This document shows positions 39,155-50,037 of a stretch of DNA of 57,922 nt, one piece after another (position 1 is the stretch's first letter; each line of letters begins with the position of its first letter). The stretch comes from Promethearchaeota archaeon (GTDB lineage: Archaea; Asgardarchaeota; Lokiarchaeia; Sigyniarchaeales; SOKP01): the NCBI GenBank assembly GCA_048938025.1, contig JBHLMP010000019.1, positions 1-57,922 of the forward strand, given 5' to 3'. The position numbers and the translations under genes are program-made. The notes under the pieces are model-generated. The model was not told where the DNA came from and searched no databases. It was given only the letters and a program-made list of their open reading frames with translations.

Positions 39155-40570
39155 TTATTTTTTCTGGATATATTTTTTTCTACTCTTTCTTGTATCATCA
39201 ATCCAGTTATCTATATTCTTTAATAATTCTTCTATTTCTCTCTGGCTTAATCCAAGATGGGGTTCTTTGCGTTGATACAAATTAGCATATTTACCCATTT
39301 CCCACATAAATTTAGATTGAAGAATAATTCTCTGGAGATTATTTCTGGCAAGTTCAAATGCTTTTCCAATTAAACGCATTTCATAATTTCCTTTAACAAT
39401 ATCTTTTAGGTAAAGTAGTATTTGTTCAATATTACCTTCAGGAGGATATGGAAGTAATTTCTCTTCAACTGGTTCATGTTTCATAGTTCTAATTTCAAAT
39501 TTTCTCCCCAGAGGCCCTTTCTGTATATCAATATGGCTATTTTCAGATGTACTTCTTTCAGAATGTTTAATAACTGGTGTTACAGGAGGATGAGATTCTA
39601 ACTCTTTAAAAGCAGCTGACATTTCCAGTTCCTCTCTTGTATTTCTTTTAAATTGTGGTGGCCAGTAAAAATGTGAATTCATACGGTTTTCAGCTGATAA
39701 GAAAATTGATTCTTTTGGCATTATTTTTGTAGTTTTAATGATTCTTTCTTTAAAAGCGATGGATGGCTCGGAAATAAGGACTCTTGATGCATTCTCTAAT
39801 ATTGAAAAGAGATACATAGGGTCATAGGCCAAAGTTAAGAAATTATCACTTAAAGAGGATATTTTTTGTTCAATCTTCTTAAGTTCTGAGGCTGAAAATA
39901 TATTCTTTAAATGTTGATCAACCCCAAGAGATATGTTATTTAAACCTGCTGTTGGATTTAAATAAGTACTCTTTAAATTTTCATTCATTTTAGTAGAAAT
40001 TAGGATACTATTATAAAAATCCCAATGGGTACTTAAAATCATATGACCGTTTTCCAATTGATAAGATTCCTTATTTTGGATTGTTTCTATCACTTCTAAA
40101 AAAATATCTTTATATGGAATGAAAACATTCCTCATTAACACTCCTTGAATGAAAGATTTTTCAGTATTCGATTTGTATGATAAATCAATTGGAACTTTGA
40201 TTAATCGATCGGCGATGATGACGTCGCGATCCTGGTCTAGTGTGATATTTCTAAGTGAGGCTAAATGATCATATACAAAATCTGCTAGAATTAATCCTGT
40301 TAATTGTCTACCATCAGTAATATATCTTCCAGATTTGAGTTCAAATTTAGAATAATAATATCCTAAACCAAAAAGATAATGTAGCCATCTATTCTCCGAT
40401 GCTCTTTTAATTGGAATTGTACTTTCAATTCCTGCAAAGAATATAACTAAATCAGAATCAATTTTTGAAACGTAATGATTTGCATATTTTCCTAAGGCAG
40501 GATAGCCTAACAGGTCCCCCCAACTAGGAATTACAAAAAGTATATTATTATTAACTAATCTGTCAACCAC
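39155..40570 (-). CDS. Hypothetical protein
   Basis: 471 aa ORF; no family recognised. Confidence 0.75.
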   Translation of the reverse strand: MVDRLVNNNILFVIPSWGDLLGYPALGKYANHYVSKIDSDLVIFFAGIESTIPIKRASENRWLHYLFGLGYYYSKFELKSGRYITDGRQLTGLILADFVYDHLASLRNITLDQDRDVIIADRLIKVPIDLSYKSNTEKSFIQGVLMRNVFIPYKDIFLEVIETIQNKESYQLENGHMILSTHWDFYNSILISTKMNENLKSTYLNPTAGLNNISLGVDQHLKNIFSASELKKIEQKISSLSDNFLTLAYDPMYLFSILENASRVLISEPSIAFKERIIKTTKIMPKESIFLSAENRMNSHFYWPPQFKRNTREELEMSAAFKELESHPPVTPVIKHSERSTSENSHIDIQKGPLGRKFEIRTMKHEPVEEKLLPYPPEGNIEQILLYLKDIVKGNYEMRLIGKAFELARNNLQRIILQSKFMWEMGKYANLYQRKEPHLGLSQREIEELLKNIDNWIDDTRKSRKKYIQKK

Positions 40571-40720
40571 TATAGAGATCTCTTATTTCTAGTTATGAAT
40601 AATGAAATCAATTTATGCATTAGAATTTTAAAAAAATAAATTTTGCTTAAAAATCTTTTTTGTTAAAATATTTAAAACTTTGAACAATTTTTTTATTTTA
40701 AGGAGATTAGCTAAAAATGA

Positions 40721-41461
40721 ATGGTATTAATGAGAGTAAATTATAAAGAATTGGGGTTGAACTTAAATCATTTATATGAAATATTAGCTACTACTTTTTC
40801 TATTGGTAAATTAAAAAATAAAATTGTTCCTAATACTGCTTGTATGGGTATTAGATTAATCAATGATGCAACAATTAAAATCACTCCTTATCCAGATACT
40901 ACAACAAGTAAGAATTTAATAGCAAATAGATATATTTCGATTAATTTTATTGATGATATTTATTTATATGCATTAGCTGCTTTAAAAAAGTTGAAACCTA
41001 ATTTATTGTTTATTGAATTTCCATCTAAATATTATAATTATTATGAAATTACCGAAGAATTAAGTCAGATTAATAATTTAAATTTAAAATATATTTCAGT
41101 GCCTTTTATAGATAAAGCTTGGGCTGTTATCTTTTGTAAAGCAATAGAGGAACAAAAAATAATTAAAAAAAACAGTCTAGGAGAAGTTAAACTCTCTGAA
41201 TTTAAATTAGATATTATTTCTTTTAAGAAATATAAAGAATCTTTTAAATTGTTTAATAGAGCAGAAAATCTAGCTTTAGAAATTATTCTACTTGCCACTC
41301 GATTGAAAGTTGCTAAAGAAAAGAATGATCAACTCCTATTTCATAAAATTCATGAAACAATTGTCAATCATATAGAAAATGTTGCAAGATTTGGAAAAAA
41401 TGAGAGAGCTCTTAAAGCAATAGAAATCGCTAGAAATTATATTAATTTATTGATGGATTAA
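40721..41461 (+). CDS. DUF447 family protein
   Basis: YE...TT...PNTA.MG, T..NL and NRA....LE...ATR pattern; located next to methanopterin genes. Confidence 0.75.
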   Translation: MVLMRVNYKELGLNLNHLYEILATTFSIGKLKNKIVPNTACMGIRLINDATIKITPYPDTTTSKNLIANRYISINFIDDIYLYALAALKKLKPNLLFIEFPSKYYNYYEITEELSQINNLNLKYISVPFIDKAWAVIFCKAIEEQKIIKKNSLGEVKLSEFKLDIISFKKYKESFKLFNRAENLALEIILLATRLKVAKEKNDQLLFHKIHETIVNHIENVARFGKNERALKAIEIARNYINLLMD

Positions 41462-41853
41462 CCAATTTTAGAGATTTTTTCAATATACATAAGAGGATAT
41501 TGCAGATCTTCAATCCAATCAATCTTAGCAACTACTTCAATTAATTCAAATTGAATCACTAATTCTGCTCGAATAATTTTTCCTGAAATTTCATCATAAT
41601 CGTATTCTGTAGATTTTTCTCTAATAATTCTTTCTCGATCCAAAATTACTTTTATTGATTTTACAAATGGTTGGCAAGAAATAGCAGCTTCTATCCCTTT
41701 CTCAATAGAATGAATTATATTTTCATCAGACTGAATAGGTATTCCACAAAGAATATGATAAAGAGAACCTAATTTTATCCCTGTTTCAAAACATGCTCTT
41801 TCTCTAATACTTAGATCTGGTGAAAAGAAGATTTTATCTACATTTTCTGTCAT
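41458..41853 (-). CDS. mptD: Archaeal dihydroneopterin aldolase
   Basis: RERACFE.GIKLG.LYH...G.P, IE.AI..QP.V and L.YPLMYI. Confidence 0.88.
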   Translation of the reverse strand: MTENVDKIFFSPDLSIRERACFETGIKLGSLYHILCGIPIQSDENIIHSIEKGIEAAISCQPFVKSIKVILDRERIIREKSTEYDYDEISGKIIRAELVIQFELIEVVAKIDWIEDLQYPLMYIEKISKIG

Positions 41854-41859
41854 ATAAAC

Positions 41860-42870
41860 TCATCCTACATATTCAAATTTAGCTCCATAATTATTTGGTT
41901 TACATAAGTAAATATGTCCTCCCCTATACTTTGGATTTTTTTGAACTTCTTTCAATAAATCTTCTGCTTCATAATCTTTATCAACAATACCTATAACACT
42001 AGGCCCAAATGATGACATTCCATAAGCTTTTAACCCATATTCATCAAAATATTGTAATAAATCTTTTACTACATCATCCTGTAAACTAATTTCAATCTTC
42101 TTAAATCCTATACTCTGAATTCTTTTTAATCCTTCACCAAAACATTTTAGATCGTTTTTAAGAATTCCTGGAATTATTTTCATAATTATCTGGTGAGATA
42201 CCTCATTAACTTCATTTCTTGGAATAGGGGCATGTTTTTGAAAAATTGAGACTTCTTCATCTCCAAAAGCTCCCTTTTTTACGTTTGGAATTACAAGAAT
42301 GAATCTCCAATTCTCCGGGATATCGCATCTAGAGATTGTTAATGCTGGATTTGCTGATGTTGATGCTGAAGAAGGTAAAAAGGTTTCTTTTTCTTTTCCC
42401 TTACCAAAATCATGACCTCCATCAAGAATGAAACCTCCGGTTTGGAAACCTCTCCACCCAATCCCAGAAGTACCTCCTCTCTCTACTAATTTTGTTAATT
42501 CTTTTAATGATATATCATTTAAACCTCTTAATTTTGTTATAGCAGAAGCAATAGCAAGACTTAATTGGGTTTTAGAACCTAGTCCTACATGACTTGGATA
42601 ATATCTTTTAAGTTTAAAATGATAGTTTTTATTACTAATATTAAATGCTTTAAAGACACGTGATGCCTTCTCATTAATAACATGAACAGATTCTCTATAA
42701 TACTTATGGCATTCAATTTTGAATTCATCAGCACTATTAGATACTTCAAGAATTACATTAGGGCGATCAAGCATAAGCCCAATCCCTCCATCTACTCTCC
42801 CCGTATATCCATTCTCGTCGATTAAAGAAAGATGCACGCGACAAGGGGTCGTAATTCTTATAAAAGTCAT
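41860..42870 (-). CDS. mptG: Beta-ribofuranosylaminobenzene 5'-phosphate (RFAP) synthase
   Basis: P.R.H..LID, RVDGG.G, HVGLGS.TQ, RGGTSGIG, GGFILDGGH and GMSSFGP. Confidence 0.92.
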   Translation of the reverse strand: MTFIRITTPCRVHLSLIDENGYTGRVDGGIGLMLDRPNVILEVSNSADEFKIECHKYYRESVHVINEKASRVFKAFNISNKNYHFKLKRYYPSHVGLGSKTQLSLAIASAITKLRGLNDISLKELTKLVERGGTSGIGWRGFQTGGFILDGGHDFGKGKEKETFLPSSASTSANPALTISRCDIPENWRFILVIPNVKKGAFGDEEVSIFQKHAPIPRNEVNEVSHQIIMKIIPGILKNDLKCFGEGLKRIQSIGFKKIEISLQDDVVKDLLQYFDEYGLKAYGMSSFGPSVIGIVDKDYEAEDLLKEVQKNPKYRGGHIYLCKPNNYGAKFEYVG

Positions 42871-43120
42871 AATAATTTTTTTAAGATTGATGAATTATGA
42901 TTATGAATTCTTAAAACCATTTAAATGTGTTATATACTATAATAGCAGAGCAAGAGGATTAATAGTATTTTTAAATATAATTTTTCAAGTATGTTTGATA
43001 AATTATTATTATCTTTTCATAAAATTCCAAAGAATTTTTGTATAAATTAATTCTTTATATTTTGATAGATATATCACTATTTTTTAGATTAAATTATTTA
43101 TTTTATGACAGGTTTTATAT

Positions 43121-44515
43121 TTGAGTGATTTAGAAGGTCTAACAAGGAGATTAATAAATAAAGGATATTCTGAACGTCAAATCATTGAAAGGTTAGTTCA
43201 AGAATATCGTGATTTTAAAGATATTGATGAGAATTTAGCTTATAAACTTGCAAATGCTATTTTGGAAGAATGTAAAAGAAGTAATATTGATAGCATCTTA
43301 GATCCTTTTATAAAAGAATTATTAGAAGTTAATAATTCAAATGCCTCTGTAGGAAAGCAAGGAGTAGGGTGTAGAGGTGCAGGAGATTTTTTTGTTCATA
43401 AACTTGTAACAAACTTTTCTGAAACAGAACATAAAGCATATTTATCTCCTACTTCCCTTGATGATGCTGGAGCTGTTCGAATACAAGATATAAAAGGATT
43501 TAAAAATAACTCCTTTAAAACAAAAGATTTAATTATTGTCTCTAAAATGGAAGGAATTCATTCTCGCTTAAGTGATTTTCCTTTCGTATGTGGTTTTCAT
43601 GTAACACGGGCAGCTTTAAGAGACTTGTATGTTAAAGGAGCAAAACCTATTTCAATAATGATTGATGTTCATTTAGGCGATGATGCTGATGTTGGAAAAT
43701 TATTTGATTTTATGGCAGGAATATCAGTAGTTTCAGAACTAACAAAAGTTCCAATAACAGCGGGATCGACATTAAGAATTGGAGGAGATATGGTGATAGG
43801 GGATAGATTAGTTGGAGGAGTTGCAGCTGTTGGTCTTGCTAATAGGGTCCTCTTAGCAAGAAGAAATATACAAGTTGGAGATGTAATCCTAATGACTGAA
43901 GGAGCGGGAGGTGGAACAATCACAACCGCAGCCATCTATTCAGGAAATCATGAAATTGTAAAACAAACGATTAATATTAAGTTTCTTGAAGCTTGTGAAA
44001 TTATTTTAAACTCAAATTACACTAATGAAATCAGAGCCATGTGCGATGTTACAAATGGAGGAATAAGAGGTGATCTATATGAAATTAACTATGAAGCCAA
44101 TTGTGGAGCTAACATCTATGTGGAAAAAGTAAGAAATCTAATAAATCCAATCGTTTTAGATATGTTAGAAAAGGTTAGAGTGGATTATTTAGGAGTTTCT
44201 TTAGATTCTCTCTTAATATATTGTTCTAAATCTATTTCAGATAAAATTATTATTGATCTTAAAAGTAATAATATTCAGTGTGATGAAATAGGTTATGTAG
44301 ATGCTTCAAACCAAGTTTTTCTAATGGATAAAGATAAAAAGAAAAAAGAAATCCTTCCTAAATTCAGAGAATCTGCTTACACTAAGATAAAACAAGAGAT
44401 TGGAGAAAATACACCTGATAAAATTGATATAATGGAGAAAGATATTGAAAAGGCAGCTTTAGAAGCTTTCAAAAAGCGAAAGAAGATACTTGAATATATA
44501 AAAAGTCAGAACTAG
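43121..44515 (+). CDS. Archaeal AIR synthase/PurM-like (HypE-related) protein
   Basis: DLEG, GVGCRG.GDF, DDAG, G.HSRLS.FP, GSTLRIGGD, DVTNGG.RGD and FRESAYT..K. Confidence 0.85.
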   Translation: MSDLEGLTRRLINKGYSERQIIERLVQEYRDFKDIDENLAYKLANAILEECKRSNIDSILDPFIKELLEVNNSNASVGKQGVGCRGAGDFFVHKLVTNFSETEHKAYLSPTSLDDAGAVRIQDIKGFKNNSFKTKDLIIVSKMEGIHSRLSDFPFVCGFHVTRAALRDLYVKGAKPISIMIDVHLGDDADVGKLFDFMAGISVVSELTKVPITAGSTLRIGGDMVIGDRLVGGVAAVGLANRVLLARRNIQVGDVILMTEGAGGGTITTAAIYSGNHEIVKQTINIKFLEACEIILNSNYTNEIRAMCDVTNGGIRGDLYEINYEANCGANIYVEKVRNLINPIVLDMLEKVRVDYLGVSLDSLLIYCSKSISDKIIIDLKSNNIQCDEIGYVDASNQVFLMDKDKKKKEILPKFRESAYTKIKQEIGENTPDKIDIMEKDIEKAALEAFKKRKKILEYIKSQN

Positions 44516-44527
44516 AAATTTTAAACA

Positions 44528-45352
44528 TTAATTTAAATCTAAGACCTCATTCATAGAACCTGATCTAAAACCTTCAATATCAATCGTGATGTATGTAAAT
44601 CCAAGTTCTTTTAATTTGGTTTTAATTAATTCCATATTATTTACAGTTAAAATATAGGGCAAATCTTCAGGTAAGAATTCAATACGAGCAAGACTTCCTT
44701 CATGTAATCTTACTCTTAATTGCTTTAAATTAAATGTGTTTTTAAGAAATTTTTCTGCTTCTCTAATCATAATTAATTTTTTTTCACTTATAATTTGATT
44801 ATAAGGAATTCGAGATGAAAAACAAGCCATCGATGGTTTAGATTGAACATCAAGCTCGTAAAATTTACAAATCTCTCTTATTTCGCTTTTTTTTATATTG
44901 TAGTCAATATAAGGAGTAGATATTTTTAATTCTTTTAAAGCTTGCACTCCTGGTCTATAATCCATAAGATCATCTGCATTTGACCCATCTAATATTAGAT
45001 CATAATTATTTGAATTTTGAATTTCAAGAATTTCCTTATATAACCCAGTTTTACATAAATAACATCTATTTTCAGGATTGCATTGAAAATCATTATTTTT
45101 TAAGGGATCACGTTCAATAATTATATGCTTTATTTCATATTGTTTACCAAACTTTGAAGCTTCTTCGATTTCTTCCTCAGGATAAAGAATTGATTTTTCA
45201 GTTATAAGAAGTGTATTTTTAGCATATTTTTTCGAAAGAAATGCTAAAAGTGAACTATCTACACCTCCAGAAAAAGCAACAATAACATTTTTCCCTTTTA
45301 AAAAATTGATGAGACTATTTAATTTTTTCCGAAGATTTTCAGTTAATTCCAT
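44528..45352 (-). CDS. larE: ATP-dependent sacrificial sulfur transferase LarE family
   Basis: AFSGGVDS PP-loop, NRCY.CK, DYRPG, AC.SSR.PY and GFRSGSMN. Confidence 0.92.
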   Translation of the reverse strand: MELTENLRKKLNSLINFLKGKNVIVAFSGGVDSSLLAFLSKKYAKNTLLITEKSILYPEEEIEEASKFGKQYEIKHIIIERDPLKNNDFQCNPENRCYLCKTGLYKEILEIQNSNNYDLILDGSNADDLMDYRPGVQALKELKISTPYIDYNIKKSEIREICKFYELDVQSKPSMACFSSRIPYNQIISEKKLIMIREAEKFLKNTFNLKQLRVRLHEGSLARIEFLPEDLPYILTVNNMELIKTKLKELGFTYITIDIEGFRSGSMNEVLDLN

Positions 45353-45464
45353 TACTAGTAAACAAGTTCTTTAGAATTTAGATTATTCTCTAATAAAATA
45401 AAAATTATGATTACAACCTATTAATATTTATCAAAAAAATAAGAAGGAAAAAAATAAGATACTA

Positions 45465-46241
45465 TTACCATTTAAAGTTTGGATTAAAAAATAGAATCGT
45501 ATTTAGTTTTTGTAGAGTTATCCATACAATAGGATAATACCATGCAATCCCACTAAACATCATTAACCATTCAAGAAATGCTCTTGTTAATGGTTCTGGG
45601 GGTATTATAAAAAGTATAGAAGCTGCAGGTGGACCAAATATCATGAAATAACCAATAATTTTAGGGAAGATTCTTCTTTTTAATACGATTGCTAATCCAG
45701 TAAAAAATGCTCCAAAAGCAAATCCTCCAAATGCTAGAGTAGCAAAATAAAAATGTAAATCGAATATAGAACGATCTAAACTAAAAATTCCAACAAAAAA
45801 CATTCCGAAGATTCCTACAAAAAGACATCCTACACCCATATATCCAAATATCCTTCTCGATATAATTAGAAGATGTTCCTTTTTCGAATTATCTATAGTA
45901 AAATTCTGATGTGAACTATATAAGCGGCTAAGATTCAAGATTAAAGGTATAATGAAAATTGCTGTTAATATACAGGTTAGATCTAAAATAAAAGGAGCGG
46001 GAGTATATTTTGGTAAACCCAAATCACTTATATAATTATAAAATAAATTATAGCTAAGTGAACCAAAATTCATAGCAATTATTAAACCCAATAATAAACC
46101 TGGTAAAAATGTAAGGAGACTTACATATATACTAATCTTCACTATTTTTGGTTCTGTAAATTTATTATAAAACCATATACTATTTTCTTTTAATTTTATA
46201 AGAATTGGATTCATAAATTCCAGTGAATTTTTTTCGCTCAT
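45465..46241 (-). CDS. DUF998-like membrane protein
   Basis: YN...NYISDLG, VGIFS.D...LH and LEW motifs; several TM helices. Confidence 0.7.
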   Translation of the reverse strand: MSEKNSLEFMNPILIKLKENSIWFYNKFTEPKIVKISIYVSLLTFLPGLLLGLIIAMNFGSLSYNLFYNYISDLGLPKYTPAPFILDLTCILTAIFIIPLILNLSRLYSSHQNFTIDNSKKEHLLIISRRIFGYMGVGCLFVGIFGMFFVGIFSLDRSIFDLHFYFATLAFGGFAFGAFFTGLAIVLKRRIFPKIIGYFMIFGPPAASILFIIPPEPLTRAFLEWLMMFSGIAWYYPIVWITLQKLNTILFFNPNFKW

Positions 46242-46727
46242 TTCAAATTACCATTACTATAATTTTATAAACATTTCATAAATATTAAAGTTATTCGAAC
46301 TCAAGTAACTGTTTAAATATTTAAGCTTAACCCATTTTTCTTTAATAAATAATAATATTATATTTATTTATTTGTTTTGATCTCATAAAACACAATTTTG
46401 AATGATTAAGTATAAAAATTAAATTACTTAAAGAAAATAAATATTAAAGTTAAGAATTTAAGCTTATCTAACATCATCAAATTCAAATTTTGGAATTCTT
46501 TTAATCAATAAAAGTTCGCCTTAAATTGAATTTAGTGTTTAAAATTTTCATTTTTAATTTCTTAAATTATTTGTAAGGATTATATTCTCATTCTTACTTT
46601 TTTCTTGAAAGATTATATCCTTTTTATTAGTGAATCTCAAATTAACATTTTAAATTCTTGTAAGAATCAAGTATTAACGAATTTAAGCTTATCTAATGAG
46701 AAAAATTTTTTAATAAAAATACCAAGA

Positions 46728-46780
46728 TTTAAATACTATGCGATATATAGTATTCACAAAATACTATGTCACAAGTAAAA
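46728..46780 (+). promoter_or_regulatory. TATA box overlapped by a palindromic operator, plus a second half-site, upstream of a PadR gene
   Basis: TTTAAATA at 46728-46735; AATACTAT-N7-ATAGTATT at 46732-46754; AAATACTATG repeated at 46731 and 46759. Confidence 0.65.
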
Positions 46781-46799
46781 TTATTAAAAATGAAAGGAA

Positions 46800-47348
46800 T
46801 TGTTAACAATGATTAAACGTGTAAAGGAATTAGGCTCAGAGGCTTTAATTGCCTCAAAGGAATTTAGAGATTATGTTGAGAGACAAGAGACTGAAATTAA
46901 TCGAGGGATTAGCTCTCTATGTATATTATCAATTATAATGCAAGCTGAGGAGAAAGGACTTCATGGATATAAAATTTTAAAAGATTTGACTGTACAAACA
47001 AATGAAATGTTAGTTATTGAGGAGGGAACACTTTATCCAATATTAAGGAAATTAGAAGAAGATGGCATCATAAAATCCAAGAGAGAAGAGACAGGAAGAA
47101 AGAGAAAATTTTATAGCATGACTGAATACGGAAAGAAGATTTATAATCATTTAGCAGGTTTTTATTCTAAGCTTACGGAGGCAATCGCACCTTTATTTGA
47201 TGTCAGAGTTAATTTAAGAAAAGACAAATATCTTTTCTGCCCCATGTGTGCAAACAAAATCGATCTTACAAATTTAGAATTAAGATTTTGTACAGTTTGT
47301 GGGTTTAATATAGAAAATGAATTAATAGCAAGAGGTTTAAGAAAATGA
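46800..47348 (+). CDS. PadR family regulator with C-terminal zinc ribbon
   Basis: LHGYKI, EGTLYPILRKLE, RKRKFY..T..G and CPMC...CTVC. Confidence 0.9.
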   Translation: MLTMIKRVKELGSEALIASKEFRDYVERQETEINRGISSLCILSIIMQAEEKGLHGYKILKDLTVQTNEMLVIEEGTLYPILRKLEEDGIIKSKREETGRKRKFYSMTEYGKKIYNHLAGFYSKLTEAIAPLFDVRVNLRKDKYLFCPMCANKIDLTNLELRFCTVCGFNIENELIARGLRK

Positions 47349-48394
47349 GTGAAAAAGAATTGCATAATGTGGTTAAAGATTATTTAAAGGAAGTGAAATC
47401 TAAACTACCTGATTGGTTAAAAAATAAAAAAGAGCATAAAGAAATTTTGGCAGACCTTGAAGATCATATATGGCAAAAAGCTGAAGAATTGTCCGATATT
47501 GGTCAACCTACAATTTCTTCTGTACAATTAGCAATAGCCCATATGGGAACACCGAGGAGTATTGCAAAAGAATATAAACGCCGAGGAACTCCAAAAGTCT
47601 ATATAACAGAAGAATTGTGGCCACTTTATATAAAAGTCTTGATAATTGTGTTCGTTGCAATTATAGCTATAAATATCTTTACTCAAATAATTAATGTTAT
47701 ATTTGAGAATGAAGCAGTTGGTGATATTGCTGGAAGTCTTATAACTGGGATTCAAACAGGTCTTCTTGGCTCATTTGTAATAATTACTATTATCTTTGTT
47801 GTATTATCTATGGAAGGATATTTTCCCGAAGATTTTAAATCGAAAAAGCATCTTAAGGATGAAAAGCGTCAACTTGAAATTGCTGAGGAAAGAGGGTTGG
47901 CATATGAAACTAAAGAAGGTAAACCATTAAAACCTTTTATCAAACCAGTAGGAGAGATTATAGGTGGGATCTTTCTTCTTGGAATAGGCTTGTTTTTTCT
48001 TATACAACCTATTCCTGGATTAAATGATTTAATTGATTCGGAATTTCTATTTTTAGTACGATGTGGAGGTTTATTCATTATAGCAGAAGGTAGCCTCGAT
48101 TTAACACGTGGATTAATAGGAAATAGACAAGTGAATATCCATCAGATTATTCATGTGATAACTATTATAGTAAAATTGAGTTCAATCTCAATCGCAATAC
48201 TTATGATGCTTCGTCCTGAGATATTTCCAATTATAGTTATGGACGATCTAACTGAATCTTTTCAAAATATAGGAATAGCACCAGAATATTATGATACTTT
48301 TAGAGCTATAGCAGGTTTGGTAATAACTGGAATGGTCCTTTTAACATTAGAAAATTTCTATAATATCTATAAGCTTCAGAAGTATAAAGTATAA
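47345..48394 (+). CDS. Membrane protein with N-terminal HAAS-like domain
   Basis: YL..V...LP...EILADLEDHI...AI..MG.P..IA.EY followed by about 6 TM helices; ATGA overlap with the PadR gene. Confidence 0.75.
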   Translation: MSEKELHNVVKDYLKEVKSKLPDWLKNKKEHKEILADLEDHIWQKAEELSDIGQPTISSVQLAIAHMGTPRSIAKEYKRRGTPKVYITEELWPLYIKVLIIVFVAIIAINIFTQIINVIFENEAVGDIAGSLITGIQTGLLGSFVIITIIFVVLSMEGYFPEDFKSKKHLKDEKRQLEIAEERGLAYETKEGKPLKPFIKPVGEIIGGIFLLGIGLFFLIQPIPGLNDLIDSEFLFLVRCGGLFIIAEGSLDLTRGLIGNRQVNIHQIIHVITIIVKLSSISIAILMMLRPEIFPIIVMDDLTESFQNIGIAPEYYDTFRAIAGLVITGMVLLTLENFYNIYKLQKYKV

Positions 48395-48576
48395 GTTTAA
48401 TTCTATTTTTTTTCTGTTTTATTTTTTTAATAGATTTTACTCTTTTAGGTTTTATTTAACAATTTCGTAATATCAATGATACGAACTTAACTAACTTATT
48501 AATAAAACTATCTGTCAACTCTTAAGAACTAAAGATTCTTTTATAAAGACTATAAGAGTAAAAAAAATCCTGAAAT

Positions 48577-50019
48577 TTGGAGAAAAGTTTGCGAAACATG
48601 GAAGATAAAATTAAAAAGTCTAAGGAAAACATTAATCGAAGAACGCTAGGCGCCCATTTGACTTCAAGTGAAATTTTTTTAAAATATATATTTCCAGAAA
48701 TAAAAGGTAAATTAAATGATTTTTTGTGGGTAGATTTGTATGCTGGAGAAGGTAATTTAATCTTACCAATTTTAAATTCAATTTCTGATAATAGAATGAA
48801 ATTTTTCGAAGAACATATTTATTTGTATGATATTCAACCCGAAATGGTGCAAAAGTGTATCAAGAATGCAGTATGTTATGATATTCCTAGAGAAATTGCT
48901 AATAAAAACATTAAGCAACGAGACAATTTTGCAGGTTTTCCTAAAGATTTGAATAAAAAGGATTTACCAATTTTTCACATAACAAATCCACCTTATTTAT
49001 ATTTAGGGTATATTCGAAAACATCAAGAAACTCAAAATTATCTTAAATATTTTGAAAATGATAATGAAGGATATCAAGATTTATACCAGATTGCTATGAT
49101 AAATGACTTAAGAAACGAGATTGAAAATTTAATATACATAATCCCAACAAATTTTTTGTTTGGGGCATCAGTTTCCAATAAATTTCGTCAAGATTTCTTA
49201 AAACATTATAAAATTCTCAAAATGGTAATATTTGAAACTAAAGTCTTTGAATATACAGGAACAAACATATGTATAGGATTTTTTAAAAAGAAAAGAGTAT
49301 CTAAGGTGGAACCTGTGGAATTTGCTGGCTTAAAAATCAAAAAGCAAAATAAATTTTTAAAAAAAACCTACCGTTTAAAGCCAGATTACAATTATCGTGC
49401 TGGCTCTGAATTTGAAGAATTTCTTGATAAATATCGCTCTCAAAATCCCCTAGTCGTAAAATATTATTTACTAAAAGATGAAATATTAAAGAATAAAGGG
49501 AGCTATGAAATTAGAGTAATTGATGCTAATAATTATAAAAATAATGAATACCAAAAATTAATTCTTCATGTTAATCAAAATTTGAAACAGAAAATTGATT
49601 CTAATATTTTATACATTAAGACTGTTGATTCAGGAACATATGATGGAAGGGTAGGGCTTGGCATTATAAATGAAGATTTCAATGTTCAAGGAATATATGT
49701 ATCATCAAATACTTATCGCACTCATCCTATTCATATCTTTCTTGACCCAAAATTATCTATAGAAGATCAAATTCTGTTGAAAAATTATTTTAATTTTATT
49801 TTAGAATCTTTTAGAGAAAAGTTAGACAGTGAATTTTTAACCACATATAAGTATTCAAAAGCAAAATATACGAGAAAATATTTAGGGTTGACTCAAGTTA
49901 GAAAAGTAATTGAAACATTTCCTATACAAGATATTGATTTAGTGAATAAGAAAGAATTAAACTTTTTGATAAAAAATAGGGATTTTAACGGAATTTTAAG
50001 AAAGCTAAAAACTTTATAA
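48577..50019 (+). CDS. N6-adenine DNA methyltransferase (gamma-type motif order), orphan
   Basis: LGAHLT (motif X), DLYAGEGN (motif I), ITNPPY (motif IV), DLY and YIIP.NFL. Confidence 0.85.
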   Translation: MEKSLRNMEDKIKKSKENINRRTLGAHLTSSEIFLKYIFPEIKGKLNDFLWVDLYAGEGNLILPILNSISDNRMKFFEEHIYLYDIQPEMVQKCIKNAVCYDIPREIANKNIKQRDNFAGFPKDLNKKDLPIFHITNPPYLYLGYIRKHQETQNYLKYFENDNEGYQDLYQIAMINDLRNEIENLIYIIPTNFLFGASVSNKFRQDFLKHYKILKMVIFETKVFEYTGTNICIGFFKKKRVSKVEPVEFAGLKIKKQNKFLKKTYRLKPDYNYRAGSEFEEFLDKYRSQNPLVVKYYLLKDEILKNKGSYEIRVIDANNYKNNEYQKLILHVNQNLKQKIDSNILYIKTVDSGTYDGRVGLGIINEDFNVQGIYVSSNTYRTHPIHIFLDPKLSIEDQILLKNYFNFILESFREKLDSEFLTTYKYSKAKYTRKYLGLTQVRKVIETFPIQDIDLVNKKELNFLIKNRDFNGILRKLKTL

Positions 50020-50037
50020 ATACTATTTAATCTATTT

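Noticed and set aside
46242-46727. Long AT-rich intergenic region as origin, ncRNA or MITE
   Set aside because: No ORB-like repeats, GC-rich stems or terminal inverted repeats seen; only short TTTAAGCTT(A) recurrences.
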